Position numbers and translations under genes: made by a program. Below the pieces are notes generated by a model that made no database searches, had not been told where the DNA came from, and worked only from the letters and a program-made list of their open reading frames with translations. DNA of 64,000 nucleotides from Phaeosaccion multiseriatum (lineage: Eukaryota; Protista; Ochrophyta, other classes): the NCBI GenBank assembly GCA_965112735.1, contig OZ218950.1, positions 3,472,001-3,536,000 of the forward strand, read 5' to 3'. Below, in pieces: positions 23,640-35,218 of this stretch. Numbering within the stretch: position 1 is the first letter of the stretch; the number at the start of each line of letters is the position of its first letter.

Positions 23640-25050
23640 ATGGTGCTCCCAAGTGGGGAGCATCAAGACGCGAAGGAGTCGAAATCGGAAAGCGCAAGGG
23701 ACGGAACAGATAAGAAGCACCACAACAGCCGGCAAGGACATTTGAAAATGGGGGAGAAGGTGAAAGGGGAGGAGGACGAGCTGGAGCTCCAGCTTATGCA
23801 AGTAGAGGAGTGTGGGAAACGAGGACACAGCCGGGAGACCGCGGACGAAGGAAGTGGTGAGTTTCAGACGGCCTTCAAAAACCGGGAGAGTGAGGACGAC
23901 GAGGGGTGTGAGCCAAAAAGAGGGGCGGGAAGGGGCTGGGAGCCAAAAGAGGGGCGGGGAGGGGCGGGAAGAGTGTCACGGTGCCATTATCTCGTCGCCA
24001 GTACCAGGGGCGCCGTGGTATTGCGCCTGTGGGGATGGAGGTCGCTCTTTTTTCTTGTTCTTTGGTGTGTTGTGTGTGTGGCATCCGCTCACGCGTCCTC
24101 TCCCCTCTCCTACCCATACTCCCCACCCCCCTCTCCGCGCCTACCATAATAGACTTCGATTGGGTGCAAGAGCATCCGGTCTTGGCTGCTGTTATTTGGA
24201 TATTTTCCAAGATGGCTGCTGCCGGCGGAACGGACGGGAAGCTGATGAAGAGCCGGAGCCGGGCAACCATGGGAATATCTTCCACTTTTTCCTCCTCCTC
24301 CTCATCCTCCTCCTCCTCCTCCTCCTCCGGGGGGGAGGCCGCGCGCGGACTGGGCGACCAGGATTCCCGGATCAGCTGGAGCGATGAGAGTGGGGGCGAG
24401 CTGTCGAGGACAAGGATAATAGACGATGAGGAGCAGGATAATGTTGAGAATACGAGGCAACAGGGAAAACGTGAGTGCGTGAGGGTGGTGGGGCTACTTT
24501 CTCTGCTGGTGCTGAATGGGGCCTGGGGGACACAGGGGGGAAGGAGAGGGGAGTGGGATTTGTGCTGCACCTCTCCCAAAGAGTGAGTGCTCCAGCTATC
24601 CTTCCCTTTGAGAGGCACGTTTGGGGTCCACGTCTACTTACCTCCTTCCTTCCCACCACCTCCATCGTCCACTCGCTGCCTGCCCCCTTTTTTCTACCTT
24701 CGATGATTCAATGAGAAGCGCCTCTCGGGCTGCGCAGGCTCGAGTCAAAACCCCAGCTGCCGCGCTACGGCATGTGTGTGGACACGAGAAAGTCGGCCGC
24801 GTCGACGGTCGAGCGGTCAGACAGTGGCACCGGCACGAGGTTCGGTCACTTTGTCGAGGTCCGCACCCCCCCGGGCGTGACTCAGAGGTACTACGAGAGT
24901 GCGTACCTCGCCATGGCCGAGCGACGCGCCAAGGGGCTTGCCCCTCTCCCTGTCCATCGCGATATGGCGGACTACTTCAAACGGGTTGATGCGGCTCGGG
25001 CAGCGGCCCAGACCAGTCAGATTGAGTACCCGCAGAGGAAGCGGCGGTGA
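23640..25050 (+). CDS. Uncharacterised protein, tandem paralog A, 3 exons
   Basis: Exons approx. 23640-23856, 24153-24470, 24719-25050, phase-consistent. Shares DWVxExPxLAAVIWIFSK, KxSRSRATxGISS and SGTRFxxFVExxTPPxVTxRYYExxYLAMAERRAKGL with paralog B. Start codon uncertain. Confidence 0.7.
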
Positions 25051-25851
25051 AGAAGGCGGGGGCGAATTGCGACAAGACTCTCAGTGTGGTAGGCTGGGGG
25101 GCAAGGAAGGAGAGGCGCATTGCCGAGAGACTCTTTCGAAACGGGTCCTCCTGTACGTATTTTACATACATCTGTCTGTACAAGTTGAGTGTAAGTTAAG
25201 GGAGGTGAGCGGATAAGGGTCGAGGGGGGAGACTTGGCTGCATGGAAGGCAGACTTTCAGCGGGGAGGGGGGGGGGGGGAGGCGCCAAAGGTACATGTAT
25301 AGAACAATAGCACCCGCGGAAGTGGGTTTTGATCAGACCCCCCAGTTAACAAGAAATATAGATGCAAAAATGGGAAGGAGAAGAAGGCGATGGGTTTCTA
25401 CGCTTCGATTGGTATGCTGTGGCCTCGCTCCCGGGGAGGGGGCGAGCGGCGTTGCGTCGGGGAGGGAGGGGAGTGAGAGGACAGGCCAGCGGAACCCACG
25501 AGGACGAGGAGTCCGAGGAGGATGAGCAGCAGGACCGGAAGAAGAGAAGAGGAGGACAAGGAGGAGAAGGAGAAGGAGAAATGAGGAGGTGGAGGAGAGG
25601 GGGAGCTATATCACTCTCCTGTTTTCGACCCCAGACGTGCTATCGACCACATTCTCGATGGCATGCTATCGGCCGCCAGCCGATAGCAGATAGCGCGCCG
25701 GCTAACGCTGGCGATCGTATAGAGCACGTCATCAAACGTCAGGGGGAAAAAAAAGATCGGAATTCCCTTCAGCTGATTCCTATACTTCTTTTTTCTCCCT
25801 CCCTAGTGGGGTCGCTTGAAGTGATAACCACAGGACAAGAAAGGAAAAAGG

Positions 25852-25885
<34 letters not shown>

Positions 25886-26076
25886 AGAGAGGACCTATAA
25901 GTAAGTAATGCATATATAGAAAGGATAGGATGTATCTCTTTGCTGCTGCTGCTGCTGCTGTGTAAGTTGAGTTTGAGAGTTTGGCGTTGAACGGTTGTGA
26001 AGGCAGGCGGTAGAGAGGAACACAGATACAGAGAGAGAAAGAGGGCCACAAGAACACTCGGCCTTCAGCGTCCACG

Positions 26077-27389
26077 ATGGAAGTTCACAGTCCGCAGTCT
26101 GCTTTCGCTGGCAGTCCGGAGGTTCGAGGTTATGTGGAGAGAGCGCAGAAGGATTTCGAAAGGCGGCAGAGACTCTTCCGGCATCAGGTGCAGAAAGAGT
26201 ACTCCGATGTGGAGCTGCAGCGTATGCAAAATGAGCTGGCTGCGAGGAGAGGACGGAGCGGAGAAACGGGGAACGGTGAGTTTGGACGGCAAAGAATCAG
26301 CAGAGCACTGGGGGATCAAACTTGGCGGTGGAGGGGTGGAGCGATTTGAAAGGTGTCACCACCAGTGCCGAATAGCTGTCAGGGTTTCAGCTTTGCTGTG
26401 CAGCTTACTACAACCCCACCCCGAACCCCATTCCCACTTGCTCCCACATCCCTCCCCCGCCCTCCCCCCCACCTCTATTCCTCTCTCAAAAGGCCTTGAT
26501 TGGGTCCACGAGAACCCCCTGCTCGCTGCGGTCATTTGGATCTTCTCCAAGGTGGCTGCTGGTGCCGGAACGGGCGGTGACGGTGATACAGACGGGAATC
26601 TAAAGAGGAGCCGGAGTCGGGCAACGCTGGGGATATCCTCCTCCCCGCGGGGGGGGGCGGCGCGCGGACTGCGTGACCAGGCTTCGCAGCGACCCAGGGG
26701 ATGGATCGATGAGGGGGCAGAGAGCTCGACGACGACGACAATACGCTATGTCCCCCTCAATGACGAGGACTTCCACGACAAGTACTACGGGACAGTCAAG
26801 GAGAACTACGTCCACTCCCCACTCAATTCCCCTGTGGCTTTTGCGGCCACGGAGGACGTCACCCTTCCTGGGGCGGCAAATGAGGAGCAGGGAAAACGTG
26901 AGTGCAGGAGCGTGTGTGCGTCTGGAAATGAATGGGGACCTGGGGGACGGGGGACATGGAGAGGGGGAGGGGCCTATCCTACACCTCTCCCAAAGAGGGC
27001 TCCAGCTATCTAACCTTTCCTTCCTTCCCACCTCCCTTCCAATCGCTCACTCGCTCCATCCATCAGCATCTCTCGGGCTTCGCAGGTACGACACCATGAC
27101 CGAACTACCGAAGTGCGGCGCAAGTGCGGACGAAAAGATCCCAGCGGCGCCGGTGAAGGAGAAGCCGAACACCAGCGGCACGAGGTTCGACTACTTTGTC
27201 GAGATCCACACCCCCCCGGCCGTAACTGAACGGTACTACGAGACCGAGTACTTGGCCATGGCCGAGCGACGCGCCAAGGGGCTTCCTCCTATTCCTGTCC
27301 ACCGCGACGTGGCGGAGTACTTCAGGCGGGTTGATGCGGGTCTGATAGCGGCTCCAACTGCCGTGCCCAATCGGATGGAGAACCTGTAG
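26077..27389 (+). CDS. Uncharacterised protein, tandem paralog B, 3 exons
   Basis: Exons approx. 26077-26275, 26493-26897, 27067-27389. Same intron positions and phases as paralog A, including the identical donor GGAAAAC|GTGAGT. Confidence 0.72.
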
Positions 27390-27655
27390 AAGAAGCGGCG
27401 CTGAAGGGCCTCGAAATGTACGTGAGGACCCATTTCAAAGGTCCCTCTCGGAAAAACGCTGCTTCTGCTTGTTGCCCTCCCCGCACTGTTTCGTGCCCAC
27501 TCACACCCACTCACACCTGCTGCAAAGCTTCTTTTTGCGCTGCAGTTGGGCTCTCTTATGCCTTCTCTGAGAGCAAGACTGCTTGAAGTATGAGTGAACT
27601 TGGGCTGTAACTGTGACAGTGCTAGGGTGCGTGGGTGGGTGGGTGGGTGGGGGGC

Positions 27656-27760
27656 AGGAAGAAGCACATTTTGTGAGCGACTTTCGAAATGGGCACACCT
27701 CCCTTCGTATGTACAAAATGAGCAGGGTCCATTTCGAAAGTCGCAAAAAGTGCTTCTTCT
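27656..27760. repeat. Long inverted repeat (hairpin) in the 3' flank of paralog B
   Basis: GCGACTTTCGAAATGG (27677-27692) is the exact reverse complement of 27729-27744. Outer arms GAAGAAGCAC (27658-27667) and GTGCTTCTTC (27750-27759). Confidence 0.85.
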
Positions 27761-28135
27761 GATGATTGATTTCTCCCCCCCCCTTTGGGTGTGGGGGAGG
27801 TGAGCAGGGACCAGCGAATGCTCCAGGGGGGAAGGAGAAATCATCGAAGGGAGACCTTCAGGGGGGGGGGGGGGGGGATAAATAGACAAAATGGAAAGAC
27901 GAGGTCAGTCGTCAGGTGGTTGTGCTATCCGTCTTATTGCACACAGCGGAGCGGAAAGGACATACATAAAGAACAATTTTCATGTACAATAGAAATACAA
28001 AATGGAAAATATACTGAAATAAACAGAAGACTTGTTGGCTACTGCTGCTGCTGCTGCTGCTGCTGCACCCCCCCTACTCCACACACACAACGTGCGAATC
28101 AGAGCCACGCGCGCCGCGCAGCACGCTCTCTCGCC

Positions 28136-28194
<59 letters not shown>

Positions 28195-28600
28195 ACTCTC
28201 TCATCGAACGCATCTCAATAGTCGCAAATTCTCAGTGATTCGTTACAGTAACATCCCAGTTTGGGGAACTGGTAAATTGTTTTGTAGTGTAGAGTAGAGG
28301 CCGGCAGAGCGCGTCCGAAAGGGAACACAACCCCACAGAAGGATGCTACATGTCTTTCTAACAGACATGTCCGGTGGGGGTGCGCCACTGTCAACAACGT
28401 CCGTCGTCGGTTTTGTTTTGCAGAATGCAAAACAAAACCGAGGGGCAGGTAGGCAGGCTGGCAGACAGAGGGCCGCAGAAGAGCTGCGCCTCTGCTACCC
28501 TATTGCTCCAGTGCCCTATACGGCTCGTCGTTCTCAGGGGAGGTGTGGAGAGAAAGAGAGAGACAGAGAAAGCCACAGAAGGGCTGCTTCCCTACTTAGA

Positions 28601-29896
28601 CTACTGCCCGTCCTTGTCAGTGTACTCCCTGCGCGTTTCGTTGCCCGTGAAAATGTCTCTGTAGCCCCCCGGGTACTCCCTCACGCGCACTCCGTCCGGA
28701 AAGATGCTCTCCTCGACGCCGTCGGAGAAGACGGTCTTGCGGGTGCCGTCGGGGAAGGTAATGTCCTTGACGCCATTGGGATGGTGCTGCTCCTCTTGTC
28801 CGTTGGCGAACTTGAACACTTCCGACCTGGCAGGGGAGGAGAGGAGGAGCGAGGAGAGGAGGAGCGAGGAGAGGGAGGCAAGAGAGGTCACGGGGGGGGG
28901 GGGGGGAGGCCGGGGAGGAATCACGGGGATAAGACAAGGCCCCACAGAGAGGAAAGGGGAAGGGGGAGGCAGGCAGGCGTCAAGAAAAGGGCAGCGTCCA
29001 GAGGAGCGTTGAGGGGGGGCACCTACTCTTATCTTTTTTCAGTCCATCCGCTCCGACCCCCTCGCCCACCCCCAAGCCCCAAGCCAGGCACTGACGAAAC
29101 AAAACGCCCACCACGACTCGGAAATCATCCCGCCCCCTGAGACCCACCCATCCACCCGGCGCTCTCTCTTGTCGCCTTTGCTGACTTACCCATCTGGATG
29201 CGTCGTGTGCGTCGTGTTGGCTGCCGCGTAGGTGTAAATGACCACACCCGTGTCCGGCAGTGTGCGCTTCGTGTCGCCGTTGTTGAAGCTCACCACGCTG
29301 CTGCCATCCGGGTGGATCTCCTTCCGGGTTCCGTTCCGGAAGGACACCTTTGTTGGGGTTGGGGTAGGTGTGGATAATAGGACAAAAGAACAGAGAGAAT
29401 AAAGAGAAAATCATCAGGGTATGTTCGTCGTCAAGGGCGGAGACCGGGGGCGGGGCAGAGGGGAGAGGGAGCATCTCTCCAAGCAGGAGTTGCAGAACTG
29501 TCCCCCCCGAATGGATTCCCCTGCAGCTGCTCCACTGCCAGGAATGTTCTGCCCCGTGCCCTGGGGTGGAGCAAACGGGGCTCAACTGACTGACTGACTG
29601 ACTGACTGACTGACTCACTCACCGTCTTTCGCCCGTTCGGGTACACTACTTGCACTTTCCCACTGGGCAGCACTGTTCGCTTCCCGTTCTCGTCTTCCTC
29701 GCCCCATCCTCCCCCGCCCCATCCTCCTCCTCGTCCTGCTCCTCCTTCTGCTGCTCTGACATCACGTCCCATCCTCCCACCGTTCCAGCTCTGGCCGCCG
29801 CCGCCGCTCCTCCCCGCCACAGCCGCAGCGGCAGAGGGATCAAACGCTGCTGGGTGAGCAAACGATCCCCCCCCGCCCCCCCACTGTTGCTGCTGC

Positions 29897-29934
<38 letters not shown>

Positions 29935-32900
29935 ATGGTGGTGGTAGCGGTGGCGCGCGTGACTGTGGTGGTCCTGGTGAAAGCTCTCGTGCCCCCGTCC
30001 ACTGCCATCAGCGCCACGCGGAGGCGATGTATGCCTGTGCACAGCGTGGTCGGCCCCTCCCACCCCGTACCCCCCCCTCGGGTCAACCCCACCGAAAGCG
30101 CCGTGCCCCCCCCCCCCGCCACCTGCCCACCCCTCTCCTCCTGGCCCCCTGTCGACGCCTTGCCGCCCCTCTAGTCGCTCCTCTTGCCCCCGTGAAGGAT
30201 CATCCCCCGCCTTCACGTGCACCATCCCAGCTGCTGCGGCCGCCGCGGAGAGCGAGGCTTTCGCAGCACCCGAGAGAGACAGCGTGGCAGACCGAAGTTC
30301 AGTACCATAGTCGCCACCAATCCCATCACCACCACCTCCACCACCACCATCTTCAGCCCCCCCCCCTCGGGGTAAGGATGCGATGGACAGCCGGCGATCG
30401 CCGTTCTCCTCCTCCTCCTCCTCTTCCTCCTCCCCCTTCCCGCCGTTCCCTTCGGCAGGAAACACGTCAAGTCCTCGCAGACCCTCTGATCCTGAGGTGG
30501 AGTAGCGCGTCGGATCATAGCCCGACCCAGCACCACCATCCCCTCCGCCAATGCTGCCACCGCCGCCGCTGCTGCTCCTGCTGCTCTGACCAAAGCCTCT
30601 GGCGTCGTAATTAAGACCCAAAAACTCATCCTCTCGATACGCCTCCTCTCGCTCAAGTTCCCTTTCCCGGGCGGCGGAGGAAGACGAGTAGGGAGAAGAT
30701 GACGACGCGCGTTCGTAGCGGTGCCTCGTGCTGCTGACGGTATCGCCGGCATCGGCATGAGCATGGGGATTGGCATGGGCACTGGCATGGGCACTGGCAG
30801 TAGCACCAGCGGCAGTACCGGTCCCATCACGAGCCCACGCATCAGCATCGAGCAGCACGCCGTCCTCCTCGTCCGAGTCGTACCCATCGTAGCGCCCCTC
30901 GCTCCTCCTGCCTCCCCCGCCCCCCCCGCTGCTGCGATTGCCATGCAGGCCGGCCTCCCCCTCCACCGCCCCTCCCCTGCCGCTCGGGCCGAGGCCGAGG
31001 TTATCGTCTTCATCCTCGTCGAAGTAGTCGGCGTCGGCGTCGGCAGCGCCCAGTGGGACGCTACGGCCCTCCTCTCTGTACGCACCGCTGGCCTGCTGCT
31101 GCGGCTGCTGCTGCTGCTGCTGGAGGCCTCCACTGCTCGGGTATTTGAAGGTCAGCTTGCCCTTCACACTGCTACTGCTCGTGGCGCTTCTTCGATGGTG
31201 TGGTGATTGTGTCCGCGGTGCCTGCTGCTGCTGCTGCTGACGCTGACGCTGCTGTGGGCCGTCCGCGTAGGAAACACCAGAGGCATGGTGCGGGAGCGAC
31301 TCTGACTTTGCGTCACCTCCTCCTCCACCTCCACCACTCGCCCTTTCCGCTCTTTCCCTCTCCTCCTTCTCCCGCTTGGCTTTCTGGCGCTTGAGGGAAG
31401 CAGAGCTTAGACCCCTCGGTGTGGTTGCGGAGGGGTCTGATCCCTCCCGCTCAACAGCGGTACCAGCACCACCAGCACCACCAGTAGTGGCAGCACCACC
31501 ACCACCACTACCACCGCCAGCCCCACTGCGTCGATCGCCGCTGGGAGTGCCCCTCTGCCTCTGAAGCTGGGAGGCGCTTACCCCAGCGGTGACGAGGCTT
31601 TCAACCCTCAGCTTCTCTAAGAAGAGCACCTGTCAGGCGGCGAGAGGCGCAGTACGAGAGAAGGGGCAATGGCGTGGGGGGCTTTGGCCTTAAGTGGTGT
31701 GCATGAATGAATCAGGGAGGGGCTTTGGCCTTAAGTGGTGTGCATGAATGAATGAATCAGGGAGCAGACGGGGCGGTGGGCATGAGCTGCAGAGAGGGAG
31801 TGGGGAGGGGTGGGAGGATGGGAGGGATGTTTTCGTCGGGAAGGGAACACGGAGAGGCACACCACTTGGAGGACAAAGGGAGGGGGGGCAAATGAAACGA
31901 AAGGGATTGAGGAGAAGCTAGACAAGAGCGGGGGGGGGGGAGAGAGAGAGAAAAGGGGGCTGATTCTTTACCTGCTCTTCGAGCTGCGCCACCCTGGCCT
32001 CTCTGTCCTTGAGCTGCTGCTGGATCCGCCGCTCGTTGGCCCGCGTCCGCTTCCTCTGCTGCTCCGCGTCAATCTTCATCTTCTCCACCGTCGCCCTCAG
32101 ACCCTCCAACTCGGCGCGATCTCGGCGCTCAGCTGCATACCCTCCTCCTCCTCCTCCTCCTCCTCCTCCTCCTTCTCCTCCTCCTCCCACGTCTGCCCCT
32201 AGCCCCATCTGCTGAGCCTTGGCCTTGGCAGCCTGCGATATCCTGAGGGCCGTGCGCCTCTCCTTCAGTGCGGCTTGCTTCTGCTTCTCGCACCACTCCT
32301 CCATGGCCGCTCTCTCGGCCTCTGCCCACTGCCTCACCTCCTGCCGCGTGTCCGTCGCTTCTCTGCTCGCCGCCTCCTGCTGCGCCCTCCTGGCCTCTCT
32401 GGCCTTCTTGTTCTCGCTTCTGTAACGGTCGATTTCTGCTTGCAGCTCCTCTCCCTTGGCCACCAGCTGCGCCTTCATCCGAGCAATCTCGGCCACGCCT
32501 TCCGTCTCCACCGACCCTCCGTGCTGCTGCGGCTGCTGTCGGCCCTCACTCTGGCTCTGGCCCTGACTCTGACCCTGTCCGTGTTTCCTAGGGCTCAGCT
32601 GCTGCTGATTCTGACTGTTGGGCCTACCAAACACCCTCTGCACGAGCTGCGACTGGGGGGGAGGGCCGTCCTGCGCTCTTCTCCGTGTGGATGCATGCTG
32701 ATATCCCTCCTCCTCCTCCCTCTCCTCCTCCTCCTCCTCCTCTTCATCCTGCCACTCCTGCGCGCCGTGCCACTCGTCCTCTCCGCGTCTCACCGAATCC
32801 TCCTCCTCCTCCCCCCAGGAGGGAGCATGCTTACCAACTCCCCTGTCCCGCTCAGCGTTACGCATGCTGGACCGACGGGAAGCCTCAGGCCCCTGGTGCT

Positions 32901-34818
32901 GCTGCTGGTGCTGCTGCTGAAGGTGCAATGCCGCCTGCTGAGTCATGGCCTTTAAGGCGGCCTTCCCTGCTGCTCCGACGGGAATATCGTCGAAGTCAAA
33001 GGCCGGAGGACGAGGAACAGAAGGAGCAGGAGGAGGAGGCAGAGGCGAGCTCAGCCCACCCCAAGCACTGTCAGTGGCGTCGCCGCCACCTCTAGCGTTA
33101 CCCTCCTCCCGACCTGTCTGCCCTCCGGAGCCAGTTCCATCGAAGCCACGCTCTTGCTGCTTCTCCTCTTGGGAGCCCCCCCGCGCTGCCCATCCCTCCT
33201 CCTCCTCCTCCTCCTCCTCGTCCTCCTCCAGGTCGCGCTCGCCGTTTCGCACTTTATCCCACGCCTGATCGTCGCCAAACGCCGCACCATCTGCAGTAGC
33301 TCGTACTCCTTCATCTACCTTACCAGCACCTCCTCCACCCACCGAAGTTGCCGCAGTGTATCCATCTTGCTCATCCGGCTCATCCCTGCCCCCATTGGTC
33401 AGCAGGCCACCCCCCGCATCCAGAACAATGTCTCTTCCCCATCCCTGTGCTCGCAGCCCCGTGTAATCCACGTCAGCGTGCTCCGCACCCCTGCTGCTCG
33501 GACCTTGTTGGCTGCCCTCAGTCTCGTGGTCCAACGCAGTCTCGCCCCGCAGTTGCTGCTGCTGCTGCTGCTGCTGTTCCTCCTCCTGCCCCCCCCCGTC
33601 ACCCACGCTGCTACCTTCTCTCTCCTGCCCAAGCTGCTTCTCCAGCAGGGCGAACTCCTCCATGCTGCCCATCTCATCGTACGCTGTCCCCAGGGGGGCT
33701 GCCACACTCCCGTCCCAGCCCGGTCCTGTCCCTCCTCCAGCAGGGTGCCTCATCCCCCCTGCAGCAGGCACCCCCATGGAGAGAGATGCCAAGTCTGCGC
33801 CATCTGTGAACGAGGAGCCGGTGCCAAGGCCCGTCCGCGAGACACACGTTGGCGACAAGGTCGTTCGATCCAAGTAGTCGCCCTCTGCTCCTCCTGCCGG
33901 TCCCTCGCCTCTCGGACTGCCCGTTTCGACCATGCCGTCGTCGTGGTCGAGGTCATCGCCGTTGTCCAGAACGGAAGGACCACCCCTCCCACTGCCACCA
34001 TCGCCCCTCGCCTTGACGCCCCCTTCTTGTGCCCTTTGCTCTGCTGATCGTTGGCGCCCACGTCCTCGCTCAGCTCCTATATCGGTCGCCGCCACTGCTG
34101 AAGGCCTGGTCCTGCTGCAGCTGCTGCCGCTGTTGACGCTGGTGACACTACTACTCCTGCTGCTGCTCTTCCGGAGGCTGGCGTCCCGCTTCCCCTGCGC
34201 TTGTTGCATCTGCAGCTCACCCTGGGCGATGAGCTCCTCAATGGATAGTCCGGCGGAGGCTATACCCGCCACGGGCCGGTCTTCTTCACTCAGGTAGGCA
34301 TGGTTCTGCCCACTCGTGCTACTGGCCGCGTTCTCGCCGCCAGCTCCGTCATCTCTCCCAGCCAAGTCACCGTCTTCAGCAGCAGCCTCTCGATGTCTAC
34401 GAGTCACGCTCTCAGGAAAGCCTTCTCCACCACCACCGGCAAATGGAGCGGCGGATGGAGGCAGGGGGTTGCCTCCTTTCGACATGCTGCTGGGGTACGC
34501 TTCATCATAGCTCGCAGTTCGATCGCTGAGGGGTGAATCCAAAGGTCCGGAATGCAAGACTTCCCCTGCTCTGCTCGAAGCCCCATGTCCATGGCTGCTG
34601 CTAATAGTAGCAGAACTGGCTTCTGTAGCCTCCCCAACAGCAGCAGCAGCAACAGCACCGGAAGCCGCGCCAGAGGCCGCGCCAGAAGAGGTCACAAAGA
34701 CACTGTGGGAGTTCAGCAAGTGATCGAAGCTGGTCTCATGGACACTGGCCTCGTGGCTCCGATCAAAGCGCTTCCCTCCCTGCTGCAGTTGCTGGTGGGG
34801 ATGCTGCGGCTCGAGCAT
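28601..34818 (-). CDS. SAS4: Centriole assembly protein SAS-4/CPAP/CENPJ-like (coiled coil + C-terminal Tcp10/G-box), 4 exons
   Basis: Exons approx. 34818-31972, 31629-29623, 29347-29190, 28826-28601. Coiled coil ELQAEIDRYRSEN..., then glycine beta-hairpin repeats [78 protein letters not shown]. Confidence 0.85.
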
Positions 34819-35129
34819 TTGGCCTTATTGAATCAAACGGTCACGTTGCTGCTACTGCTGCTGGTGGTGCTACTGCTGCTGCAGCCGGCATCCTATGGGA
34901 AAATTGAAGGAAGAGACGTGTTACCATGCAAAATATCCTTTCGTCGCTTGTCCCTCGCTTTGTTGTTTCTATTGAAAGAAAGGCCCCACGGTTCAAAAAG
35001 GGAAAGGCCAAGCAATTGAAAGTAAAATTCTCGCATTGCATGGGCCTGGGCTGCCCCCTCAATGTCGATCAATAAGCTCATCAAGCTGCCCTCTCGATCC
35101 TTTTCCCCCCCGCTTGTCCTCGCCTGGAC

Positions 35130-35179
35130 ATGCCTTCGTCGAGGGACAAGAAGAGCAGTAGCAGCCGCAGTGGCGGTAG

Positions 35180-35218
<39 letters not shown>

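Noticed and set aside
25634-25730. tRNA gene
   Set aside because: Cloverleaf-like, but no GTTC T-loop, no D-loop GG and no 7 nt anticodon loop.
24730-27090. Frameshift/pseudogene status of the tandem paralogs using the obvious CGCAG acceptors
   Set aside because: Acceptors 19 nt upstream (exon starts 24719 and 27067) restore the frame in both copies, and the intervening sequence is conserved as coding (LGLRR).
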